From Malacoraja senta (taxonomy: Eukaryota), in NCBI GenBank assembly GCA_038087875.1, contig CM075988.1:18726001-18790000 (forward strand): a stretch of DNA of 64,000 nucleotides, written 5' to 3'. Position 1 is the first letter of the stretch, and every line of letters starts with the position of its first letter. A model generated the notes under the pieces. That model was not told where the DNA came from and ran no database searches. It saw only the letters and a list, made by a program, of their open reading frames with translations. Positions 37,448 to 48,562 of this stretch are shown piece by piece. Position numbers and translations under genes: made by a program.

Positions 37448-40199
37448 CCTGTTCTTGTGCTGTACTGTTCCTCTATTCTACGTTCCATTTTCTAGATGCC
37501 GCCAGACCCGCTGGGTTCCTCCAGCTCTTTGTGTTTTAGTCACGATTCTGGCATCTGCAATGCCTTTGTGGCTCCGATTGTGAATTTAGTTGATGTTTAT
37601 GCGTTTAAACCTGCTACATGTGCATATATATATATCTAACTTTGCATTGCATATTTGAAGCATGTTTGGCTGACAAGAGCTTCCAGCTGGGGTGTCGCAT
37701 GGCTCAGTATAATTGTGTTCAGCAATGAGATGGAGATACGGTTATCTCTGTGGCCTGTTACTCTGCAGTATACGGATTCACCACTGAGCTTTCCATTCAG
37801 CTGCAAGGGGGTTGACGTACAATGTCTTTTGTATGATTAGCCAATTTGGTCTGGCGTCCATCTGACTGTTTCGGCCGAATAAATGCTACCACGTTAGTGC
37901 AAGGGCCACTAATGCTGATGCTGGCCCTGCGGGAAACAAAGGATTGTGTCTTAAACCTTGCTTTCTGAGAGCACGAAGAACAATGTCCAACATGTTGTCA
38001 CAAGAGAATAATTCAAATGAATCCAATGGAGATGCAGGAGGGGGAGGAATTTGCTTTCGTTCACTTGCTGCGAAACCCTGGTAAGGGCTTTGGTCACTAG
38101 ATATCCTCAACTCCTGCCCTTCGCTGCACAATGCTGCTGATAACAGTGCAGATAACTGTGGAGGATGAGTAAAGACGGTATTACCTGTGATCAAAGACCC
38201 ACCCCATACCTTCTCCAATTTTAAGTAATATCTCCTACCCACATTCTCTTTTCCTTGCTTCTCCCCTCCCCCCCCCCCCCGACAGTATGCACATTTTCTC
38301 CCACCATCTCCCACCACCCCAGTCACCCTGCTCCTTTCCCCTCAAGTTCCATCCCCCAGTTCCACATTTCACTTTTATCCCTTCTCTTTGCCTTCCCCTC
38401 TGTCCCCGTCTATGTTTGTCCCTCCCTCCAGCTTTACATTTCCCTCCCACCTCTCCTCCCTTCCATTGTCCGACACCCTTCTGTCTCCTTTTCACCTCTG
38501 GCCTTTGTCGCTTATTCCATCCCATCACCACCCCCATCTGTATCCACCTATCAGTCACCAGGCTTTGCCCCACCCCAACCCTTCTGAAGCCCCTCCCCCT
38601 ACTGCATCACCTTGAAGAAGGACTCCAACCCGAGAAGTCGTCTGATCATTCCCTCCTCAGATGTTGCCTGGCCCGCTGAATTCATCCTGCACTGTTTTTT
38701 TGCACGTACCTTAAAACCAGTCCAACAATTCCACATAACAAATCTTCCTTTGTGGAAGTATAATGGGTAAAGGAATGATGCAGACGAAAATAGTTTGCTT
38801 ATTTATGTGTGGATGTTGTATGTAGTGCTGAGCCATTAAATGTTGGAATGCCTCCACTTTCTTTGTTGGTTCGTGCTTCCGATCCAGGTTTGGCATCCGT
38901 GGTGGGCTTTGGTAGAACCACTACCTCACTGAGTTTGACCCAGGTGAGGACAGAGCAAATGCATTTTGGTGATGGGTCTGCATTGCACCTCTGTTCACTC
39001 CACTGGCAGGAGCCAGAGCTACCAGTCATCTAACACAGTTTTCTAGTATTTCCTCCTAATTCTTCCATAACCTCAGATAACTCATCTCCATAATCTAAGA
39101 TAGACACAAAAAGCTGGAGTAACTCAGTGGGACAGGCAACACCTTGGGAGAGAAGGGAAGGGTGACGTTTTGGGTTGAGACCCTTCCTCAGACCTGTTCT
39201 TTTGCCGCTTAAAACCTTGGCACTTTTGTCATTCAAACCCTCCCACCCTCTATCCGGTGACTAATCTTCCCTTCTCCCCGCTAACTCTGAATCTTCTAAC
39301 TATTTTCAGCCCTGAAGAAATGTCATCAATGTGGTTTCGGGTCAGATCCCTTCTCCAGACATCCTGAGAGTCACAACCTGAAAAGTCCTTTGTCCATTCT
39401 CTCTGCAGATGCTGCCTGACCTGCAGAGCGAAATATGAGGTGGTGTTCCTCCAATTTGTGTGTGGCTTCACTCTGACAGTGGAAGTGGCCCTGGACAGAA
39501 AGGTCAGTATGGGAATGGGAAGTTAAAATGTTTGGCATTTTAACTCCCTTTAAACCTATGCTATTACTATCCATATCCTATTCCCAGAAGAAAGTCAAAC
39601 CAAGTTCTTAACCCATGTTGTCTCAGGACCTGCTTTGGATCACACCAGTGTACACATCCATTCTCAACAGCGATAGTTCCTCTGATAGATCAGGCCTCTC
39701 CCTAAAGAGTTATGCTAAACTGACAACAGTAAACACAAGCCTTCGGGCTGATGCAGTGAGCAAGCATGTGTGTACACTCAAGTGTATGTCTCCCAAATGT
39801 GTTCTTGTAGATTAGTAAACTCAATTAGAAATGTCAAAGCAAATGCCAACATGAGTAACACATATGTTCTATCTGTCCCTTGAGTTTAGTCTCCATTTAA
39901 AATATATATCTCGAGGTACAACTAGGCTAAGGGAAGATCTTAGAGAGGCCTATAAAATCAAGAGGGGAATAGATGGGTGAATGACTAAATTCTCCAGCGG
40001 CCATTTAGACATTCTTTATATCAGATGACTGGGCATCTGGATGTGAGCCCGGTATCCATGATGACACCAGATGTGAACCATGTAACCAGCCTGGTAACCT
40101 AGTAGACGTTAGCCTAGTAATCCCACTACAGTATCACAAATGCGAAGCTGCAACTGTTTTGTTTAGTTTGGTTTAGTTTAGTTTAGTTAGTTTAATACT

Positions 40200-40573
40200 A
40201 ACGCCGCAGAAGGTTCGTCCAGCCCGGACGCGAGGTTTGATCGCCCGGCGCGGGGGAGCTGACAACCCCCCGATGCAGGAGCTGAATGCCTCGACGCGGA
40301 GGGCCCGAATGCCGCCGGCTATGAGAGTCAAGACCGTCCCGTCAACGGAGGGCTCGAGGCCCACGACCGAGGAAGAACAAAAGGAAGGACTTGAACTTTA
40401 TTTCTCCTTCCATCACAGTGAGGAATATGTAGGAGTCACTGTGGTGGATGTTCATGTTAAAATGTGTTTTTGAGTCTGTTGCTTTTAATTGTATGACTGA
40501 CCTGGCCAGTGAAATTCCTCGCTGTTGCAAAACATACTTGGCGAATAAAGTATGATTCTGATTCTGATTCTGA
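40200..40573 (+). mobile_element. GC-rich non-LTR 3' segment with Rex1-like tail and (attctg)n
   Basis: Homologous to 57340-57795; ends gaaattcctcg...aaaacatacttggcgaataaag followed by a microsatellite. Confidence 0.65.
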
Positions 40574-41118
40574 TATTGTCACCTCTACCGAGGTAGAGTG
40601 AAAAGCTTTTGTTGCGTACTATCCAGTCAGCGGAAAGACAATACATATTACAATCGTGCCATTTACGGTGTATAGGTACATGATAATGGAATAACGTTTA
40701 GTGCAAGGTAAAGCCAGCAATCTCTGATCAAGGATAGTCCGAGGGTCATGAATGAGGTATCATGGTTGAAGTAAGAAACGTTACTGTAGGAGTAGAGATT
40801 TAAGAGTGTGGACTGATTGTAATATGTGATTGTAGCTCTGCTTCTGTGGTTAGCATGCAAATGGTCGCCTGAGTTGGGCGCCATCTTGTTTGATGGAAAA
40901 TGCACTCCCGTGGCTCCTCCAGCAACTTGTATTGGTGTGGCATCTCACGGGGACAGGCGATGCTGTTGAGATGGCTGATAGCAACAGGGACAGAGACAGA
41001 ACCATTGGCACTGGTCTCAGGATGTTGGGGAAAGGGGTAAGAAGCAGTAGAACTTTCCTTCCACTGCTACCCATCGAGGAAGTGTCGACTTGAATATCAG
41101 TCGAGGATGTGGATGAAC

Positions 41119-41420
41119 GGGACGGCACGGTGACTCAGCGGTAGAGTTGCTGCCTCACAGCGGCAGAGACCCGAGTCCGATCCTGACTACGGGTGCTGCT
41201 GTCCGGAGTTTGTACGTTCTCCCTGTGACTAAGTGGGTTTTCCCCGGGTGTTCCGATTTCACCCCACACTCCAAAGATGTACAGGTTTATAGGTTAATTG
41301 GCTTCAGTGAAGATTGTAAATTGTCCCTAGCATGTCGGATAGTGTTAGTGTACTGGTCACAGGTTGGTACAGACTTGATAGGCCGAAGGGCCTGTTTCTG
41401 CTCTGTATCTCCAAACTAAA
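41119..41420 (+). mobile_element. HE1-like V-SINE
   Basis: gggacggcacggtgactcagcggtagagttgctgcc head, V domain, CR1-type tail. Confidence 0.88.
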
Positions 41421-41424
41421 CAAA

Positions 41425-41560
41425 AGTCTGAAGAAGGGTCTCGACCCGAAATGTCACCCATTCCCTCTCTCCAGAGACGCTGTCTGTCCCGCTAAGTTAC
41501 TCCAGCATTTTGTGTCTAACGTCGATTTAAACCAGCATCTGCAGTTCCTTCCTACACATA
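41425..41560 (+). mobile_element. Penelope-derived short unit starting at the hammerhead-like core
   Basis: gtCTGAAGAAGGGTCTCGACCCGAAATGTC...ttccttcctacaca, flanked by aaactaaa on both sides. Confidence 0.8.
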
Positions 41561-41573
41561 AACTAAATTAAAC

Positions 41574-41905
41574 TTTTTTTATTTTTTTTATTTAAAATTT
41601 AATTTTTTTTTAAAATTAGAAGTACATTAAATTACAAACAATTACATTAGTGCACACCACATATATCTTATTACAATTAATGTACTCCTTCATTTTATAA
41701 AGCTATTAAAAAAAATGGTTGAAATTAAGAAGAAAGAGAAAGTGAAAGAAAATAGTGTTCGTGTAAAAGCGTGTCAAAAGGAAAGAATAAAGACCCTGTA
41801 GATGAGAAATTAGAGAAAAGAGATTAAGAGAGACCCTAGGAAAGAAAAAAGAGAAAGAAGAAAAAAGAGAAAAACAGATACTCGCGCAAAAGGGATATAC
41901 CAACT
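41574..41905 (-). mobile_element. L1-like 3' UTR and poly(A) remnant
   Basis: Poly-T, then sequence whose reverse complement (gtaatttaatgtacttctaat) resembles the L1 tail at 2740-2762; long pyrimidine tract like 2500-2690. Confidence 0.6.
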
Positions 41906-42994
41906 TGATTCTGATCTCACTCTCTGGGAGAACCTATGGCTGCTCTCAGCCCAGTGAGCAGCAGGTAACTGGAGCAGCCCCTATCCATGTGGGAGTGTCA
42001 CACTGAGAAAACGAGTCACTGGTTTTAAGGGAGAAACTCAGAAAAGAACAGACCTTCACACTTGGTAATTTTGCCTCCTTTTCACGGGCCATCAACACGG
42101 AATTACCAGAGGAAATGCGCAAAGCAGCATTTGAACAATGAGGCAGTAACTATGTGCAAGTACTGTCAAAGCATCCCGAAGATAGACACAAAAAGCTGGA
42201 GTAACTCAGCAGGTCAGACAGTATCTCTGGAGAAAAGGGAGAGGTGATGTTTCGGGTCGAGACCCTTCTTCAGACTGAGTCGGGGAAAGGGAAACAAAAG
42301 ATATAGACAGTCATATGGAGAGATATAGAACAAATGAATGAAACGTTTCTGATTGTCCACCCAATCTATGCCAATGGTGGTTGGTGTGCACTTGATGGGC
42401 TGAACAGCCTGTTTCTGTGCTGTGTGACTGAATTATCCCAGCAGTGAAGATCTCTCGGTTTTCCTGGATTCTTGCTGCACCTGAACAATAACTATTTGTG
42501 AATCAGGCACTGGGACACACAGATCCCTCTCCACCCCCATAGATCTGAAATCTCATAAACTTTAGAAAATGGTTCATATATTTTCTATTAAAATGAACAA
42601 TTCACATTTCTCAACACTGGCAACTCTTTGTACTTTCATTGAATCTATTTATATCACTATTTAGCCTCCTTAGGTCCTCTCGCTTTCCTGTCTATTCTTG
42701 TGTTGTCACCAAATGTAGCAATCATACAATAACTTCGGTGCTCTCATGTAAGTTTACATATATCGTATAAAGTTGTGGCCCAAGAACAGTTCCCTGCGAA
42801 TACCACTCATCACATCCCAACAACCAGAACAACCTATTTTACTTCGGAGTCACACGCATTGCGCAGCGACTGGTTGGGCGGCGCTTCGCTCCTCCACCGG
42901 TAAGTTTTAAAAAGGCCTGCAGGTAAGTTTTCTTATTCTGAGGTCGTTTTTTTGTTCTGGGAAATTTCTTTACAGAACGGTGATTTCCAGAGTA

Positions 42995-44228
42995 ATGGAA
43001 AAATCGAGGGCCAAGTCTAAGCGGGCCGCGGCGAAACTGGCTGCGGAGGACCGCGGGAGTGCGGGCAGTCAGCAGCGGCCGACTTCACCACCTGGGTCGC
43101 TAACTGTGCAGTCAGTAACCTCCGATTTGGTTCCTGCAGAATCCGCAGTGGTTCCCAAGGTTGGGGGTAAAGCCAAACGTAAGTCGGATAGGCCTGTGGA
43201 CTCCGACGAGTCGGGCCAGGAAGATTCACCGCCTGTGGCAGGTAGCGCCCGTGGGCGTTTATCGCGCAAGGAGCGGTTAATGGAGCAAATGCTCCAACGT
43301 GACATACTCCAGCAGTCGGAGTTTTGTCAGCGTGGGTCTCCTCGGACACCCACGGCAGCGCCTAGTACAGGGCTGCACAATGTCTCCCTCTCCTCGGAGG
43401 GGAGCATAAGGAGTCAGTTCTGGGCTGGCTCTGAAGTCGGGGGCTTGGCTGAAGATTCATCTAGTGTGCTTGGGGTGCATGAAGCTCAGAAACTGCTCGG
43501 CATGGTCTCCAAATTCGCGATACCCTCGCAAACAGGAGAGCCTTTACAAGAACAGCTGGCTGCTAATATTGATTACCTTACATCCAACCAGCTGCGGGAG
43601 CAGGTAATGACCGACAGCTGCTAAATATTTAGCTCCTGCGAACTGTGCTTCTTTAAATGTTCCTGCAGTGAAGAATTCGATTTGCTGATACATTGGTGGT
43701 GGCATCAGAGCCCAAGAAGTCAAGATCCAAAGAATCCTCAAGCTGTTGGCTTCGGGTATAACGGCGTTTGGCAGATCCATAGATGGAACACTGTCGTCGG
43801 ATGAGCAGCAGGATGCGCTGGCACTTTTATGCAATGCTCAGTTTGAGATCAATTGCTTTAGGAAGAGTGCGATCCGACCTGCCCTGAACCCCAAATTTGC
43901 GGGGTTGTGCAAAGCTAGCAACACTCAGCCGCCAAATTTACTATTCGGGGAGAACCTGTCAAAACAGGTCAAGGACCTGGATGAGGAGGGTAAGGCTGTC
44001 GGGCTAATAATGGCGCCGTCAACCGGCAAGACCTTGCAACTTCGGCGGCAGCACCCCTATGCATCCACCAGCAGGAAACATTATCCGGAGGCTGGTGAAA
44101 GCTCGAAGGCCGTATATTCTGGACAAAGGTCTTTTTTAGGCCAAGGCCCAGAACCGCCTTCTTGTAAAATGTGCCATCCCTACATTCCAGCTCCTCTACC
44201 CCCCAGGACTCGGGGACGGAAGAAGTAA
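42995..44228 (+). pseudogene. DIRS ORF1 (gag-like), frameshifted near 43620 with an in-frame stop
   Basis: ORFs 42980-43624 and 43746-44228, the latter with RKSAIRPALNPKF and LLFGENL motifs typical of DIRS gag; position upstream of RT. Confidence 0.75.
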
Positions 44229-44248
44229 ACACAAACCCATTGGTAACC

Positions 44249-46178
44249 ATGGAGGTAGGTGGGTCTGGTTTCTTCCGGAACACGGGGTGTGTAAATTGTT
44301 CACAAGTTGGTGGAACATTACACTTGTTTTGGAATGCATTCAATAACATCTGACCCATTTATACTGCACAGTATTCAGGGGTATAAAATTGTGTTCCTTC
44401 ATAATTACTTTCCACCAGTACAGCATGCACCTAACCGAACGTTTGTGCTTTCACAGCAGGAAAGTTTGGATGGGCATGCAGAAATTTTGAGATTACATTC
44501 AAAAGGGATAATTGAGAAGTCCCAACATGACTCACGAGTTTGTATTTAATATTTTTACAAGAAAAAAGAAAGATGGTGGATGCCGCATCATCATTGATTT
44601 GACGCAGCTAAATACATTTGTGCAGTATATACATTTTAAAATGGAAACTTTTGTTACTGCCAAACATTTGGTTTCCAAAGTATACTTTATGGCTTGCATC
44701 GACCTCAAAGATGCATACTATTCAGTACCTATGCACAGGGATCACCAAAGGTATCTGAAATTTAACTGGATGGGGCGGCTGTGGCAGTTTAAGGCGTTGC
44801 CCAATGGGTTAACATCAGCCCCCAGATTGTTTACAAAAATACTAAAACCGGCACTTGCGTTTCTCAGAACACAGAAACATATTGTCATGGCATACCTGGA
44901 TGATATCTTAATTATTGGGAAAACTGGAATTAGCTAAATTAGCTGTTTCAGCCACTAAACTCTTGTTTGAGAAATTGGGGTTTCTCATTCATCCAGATAA
45001 ATCTAAGTTGATACCATCCACAGTTATGGATTATTTAGGGTTCACTATTAACTCTGTTCACATGTCTGTGACTTTGCCTGGGGGCAAGGCAGCAGAGTTA
45101 ATAGAGGCCTGTAACAGCCTTGTTATCATTAGTCAACCATCTATTTGACAAGTAGCTAGGGTGATTGGCAAAATAGTGGCTGCATTTCCAGCCGCACAAT
45201 TTGGACCTTTGCATTATCAAAATTTACAGCGGGCGAAGGTGCAAGCACTTAAAAATCATGCTGGTCACTTTGACAGGCCAATGCAGTTACCAGCTAAAGC
45301 TATTTCTGAATTGCAATGGTGGATACTAAACATTCGCCATTGTTCTAATACCATTGTAGTCAGCAGTCCTTCAGTTGTTTTACAGACTGATGCTAGCGCT
45401 CAAGGTTGGGGTGCTACTAATACCATCTCTAGCTGCGGTGGCAGATGGGATGCACATGAATCATCTTTGCTTTAGGCACATGGTATTAATTATTTAGAGT
45501 TGTTGGGTGCATTCTATGGGCTAAGGGCTTACTGCACAAACATGCACCATCTGCATGTTCGTCTTCAGATCGACAACAACACTGCGGTGGCATATATCAA
45601 TCACATGGGTGGAATTAAGTCGATATCTTGTGATAATCTGGCTAACACTATTTGGCACTGGTGCATCAAAAGAAATATTTGGGTATCAGCTACTTACCTT
45701 CCAGGTAAGCTCAATACAGTGGTGGACACCAGGTCATGAAAGTTCAATGACAACACCGAATGGATGTTGGACCACAAAGTGTTTGCCGACATTGTAGCTC
45801 GGTATGGAACGCCGGATATCGATCTGTTTGCATCATCCAGGTTTAATCACCAGTTGCCAACATATGTTGCATGGGAGCCAGACCCTGGGGCAGTGGCGAT
45901 GGATGCATTCTCGCTACACTGGGGAGAATTGTTTTTCTATGCATTTCCTCCCTTCTGCCTCATCAGTCGGGTGTTGCGATAAAATCCAACAAGACTCCGC
46001 GTCGGGTATTTTGGTAGTACCCGACTGGCCTACTCAGCCATGGTTCCCTGTGGTTCTGGGTATGGTATCAGAACCATGTATGCCCATTTCCAAACGCCCT
46101 GATTTATTGGTTCATCCTGTGACAGGCGAGAGTCACCCGTGCCATGACCGGATAAATTTGTTAATTTGCAGAGTCTGA
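44249..46178 (+). pseudogene. DIRS reverse transcriptase / RNase H / DNA adenine methyltransferase-like ORF, fragmented
   Basis: RT: KKDGGCRIIIDL, IDLKDAYY, LPNGLTSAPRLFTK, YLDDILI. RNase H: TDASAQGWGA, IDNNTAVAYINHMGG. MT-like: DIDLFAS...DAFSLHW...YAFPPF...VVPDWPTQPWF. Several frameshifts and stops. Confidence 0.92.
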
Positions 46179-47140
46179 GGAGATCTTTCCTGGGACTTGG
46201 ACTGACGGATCGAACCCTGAACTTGATCACGGAGGGATACCACCAAAAAACAATATATCTCATATATTAGGAAATGGGAGATATTCTGTACTCGGGCTAA
46301 CATCACGTCCAACACGGCTCGTGTAATGGATGTGCTAGAATTCTTGTCCAGCCTTCATTTTGATGAAGGTCTGAGCTACAGTACCATCAACTGTGCAAGA
46401 AGTGCCCTATCATCTTACTTGTGGCGGGGTCGAGACACCACGCTGTCGGTTCTCACCCTCTAGTGGCGAGACTTATGAAGGGTATTTTTAACACTAATCC
46501 CCCCAGGGCTAGGTACTCCCGGATCTGGGATGTTGGCATTGTCCTGACGTTGCTTCGGGGTTGGGCACCAGCAACGTCCCTGTCTCTGGCCAAGGTAACG
46601 TATAAAGTAGTTATGCTTATGGCACTAGTCTCGGCGCAGCGGGTCCAGTTGCTGCACAAGTTGCGACTGGACACTATGGCAATAACTGCCAACAAAATAA
46701 CTTTCTATATATATGAGTTAGTTAAACAGAATAGACCAGGGTCATCCGGTCCTAAATTGGAGTTCTTAGCATACCCCATAGACCTTCGTCTGTGTATAGT
46801 CACTCATTTACTTCATTATGTCAAGGTCACTAAAAACCTGAGAGGCACTGAAATGGCATTATTAATCAGTCATAAGAAACCTCAGAGAAGGGTGTCAGTG
46901 AAGACCATCTCTAGATGGCTTAGACAGGTTTTGGCTGCTGCAGGTGTGGACACTGATGTTTTAAAATCTCATTCCACCAGGGCTGCATCGACATCGGCAG
47001 CGAGAGGGTTAGAAGTTCCTATGGATCACATCCTTGCAACGGCAGGATGGTCTAGTGAAATAACTTTTCAGAGATTTTATAACAAACCCGTTGCCAGGCC
47101 TGGGGTGTTTGCAGATTCAATTTTAAATTCTGTATTATAA
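46178..47140 (+). pseudogene. DIRS tyrosine recombinase; catalytic domain open from 46421, N-terminal part frameshifted
   Basis: SAQRVQ (Arg), SHSTRAAS (HxxR), AGWSS...TFQRFY (Trp/Tyr); upstream frame LSYSTINCARSALS. Confidence 0.92.
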
Positions 47141-47661
47141 TTTACCCCGAATGTTAGGGGTCATTAATATTTCTTGTTAATAAAAGCATCAGCATGTTTG
47201 AATAACCATGTCATGTCTGAATGCATTATATGTTTCTCCTCCTTGGTCAATTATTGCAGTATGTGACGCATGGACTCGTTCCACGGCATGAAATCACAGA
47301 GCTTTGAAATCTTCACGTGGTCACTCACGTGACTCCGAAGTAAAATAGTAAGATTAAACGAGCTTACCAGTTTGAAGTTTGATCTTTGTTTTATGAGGAG
47401 TTACGTTGAGGGATTACGTGCCCTCCGCGCCCAACCCTCTATCATAAAGGTCAACTGGTATTCGAGTCTTCTCTAATCTTACTATGTTTAGTTCAATAAA
47501 CTGTTATCTGTGATCTCACACCGCTGCTTTGAAGATTGACGCGCATGCGTGCTGGCGGGCTCTTCACGTAATCCCTCAACGTAACTCCTCATAAAATAAA
47601 GATCAAACTTCAAACTGGTAAGTTCTCGTTTAATCTTACTATTTATGCACACACTCAGTTA

Positions 47662-48562
47662 AGGGCCTGTCCCACTTGGCGATTTTTTTGCCGAATGCCA
47701 GCGTCATATCAGTGCCGCCAAAATATTTTGAACATTTCAAAATCCAGCGGCGACAAAAAAAATGCTGCCACACTTGGAAAAACACCGCGCGTCATACGTC
47801 ATCACTGCTGCATCAAACATCATCACGCCGCGTCAAGCCGCTTCATGCCGCATATTTTTCGGTGACCTGATACGTCAGTCAATGATGTCGGCAGTTGCAT
47901 TCATAGCAAGAGGATTTGAGTATAGGAGCAGGGAGGTTCTACTGCAGTTGTACAGGGTCTTGGTGAGACCACACCTGGAGTATTGCGTACAGTTTTGGTC
48001 TCCAAATCTGAGGAAGGACATTATAGCCATAGAGGGAGTGCAGAGAAGGTTCACCAGACTGATTCCTGGGATGTCAGGACTTTCATATGAAGAAAGACTG
48101 GATAGACTCGGCTTATACTCGCTAGAATTTAGGAGATTGAGAGGGGAAATGTACAAAATTCTTATGGGGTTGGACAGGCTAGATGCAGGAAGATTGTTCC
48201 CGATGTTGGGGAAGTCCAGGACAAGGGGTCACAGCTTAAGGATAAGGGGGAAATCCTTTAAGACCAAGATGAGGAAAAACTTTTTCACACAGAGAGTGGT
48301 GAATCTCTGGAACTCTCTGCCACAGAGGGTAGTTGAGGCCAGTTCATTGGCTATATTTAAGAGGGAGTTAGATGTGGCCCTTGTGGCTAAAGGGATCAGG
48401 GGGTATGGAGAGAAGGCAGGTACGGGATACTGAGTTGGATGATCAGCCATGATCATATTGAATGGCGGTGCAGGCTCGAAGGGCCGAATGGCCTACTCCT
48501 GCACCTATTTTCTATGTATCTATGTATCTATGCCGAAAAAATCGCCAAGTTGGACAAGACCT
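47662..48562. mobile_element. PIF/Harbinger-type MITE containing a nested CR1 insertion
   Basis: TIRs AGGGCCTGTCCCACTTGGCGATTTTTT / AAAAAATCGCCAAGTTGGACAAGACCT; TTA TSD at 47659-47661 and 48563-48565. Confidence 0.85.
47893..48531 (+). mobile_element. Young CR1/HER1-like LINE 3' fragment
   Basis: AFIARGFEYRSREVLLQLYRVLVRPHLEYCVQFWSP...GYGEKAGTGY*; (tatgtatc)n tail. Confidence 0.95.

Larger units (their letters stand above)
42834..47644 (+). mobile_element. DIRS1-type tyrosine-recombinase retrotransposon, full length but disabled
   Basis: gag-like, RT/RNase H/MT and YR regions in DIRS order. The internal complementary region at about 47329-47420 is the reverse complement of right end plus left end. 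CTATTT occurs at both junctions. Confidence 0.95.

Noticed and set aside
39615..39815. Plus-strand exon after gttgtctcag
   Set aside because: Weak acceptor and no recognisable homology.
44249..46178. LTR retrotransposon or endogenous retrovirus pol
   Set aside because: No protease, no DDE integrase and no direct LTRs; the ends are DIRS-type.
46421..47140. Phage integrase or bacterial contamination
   Set aside because: It sits in DIRS gene order with DIRS termini and vertebrate repeats on both sides.
47762..48433. 223-aa novel protein
   Set aside because: Chance fusion of MITE interior with a truncated CR1 ORF2 end.
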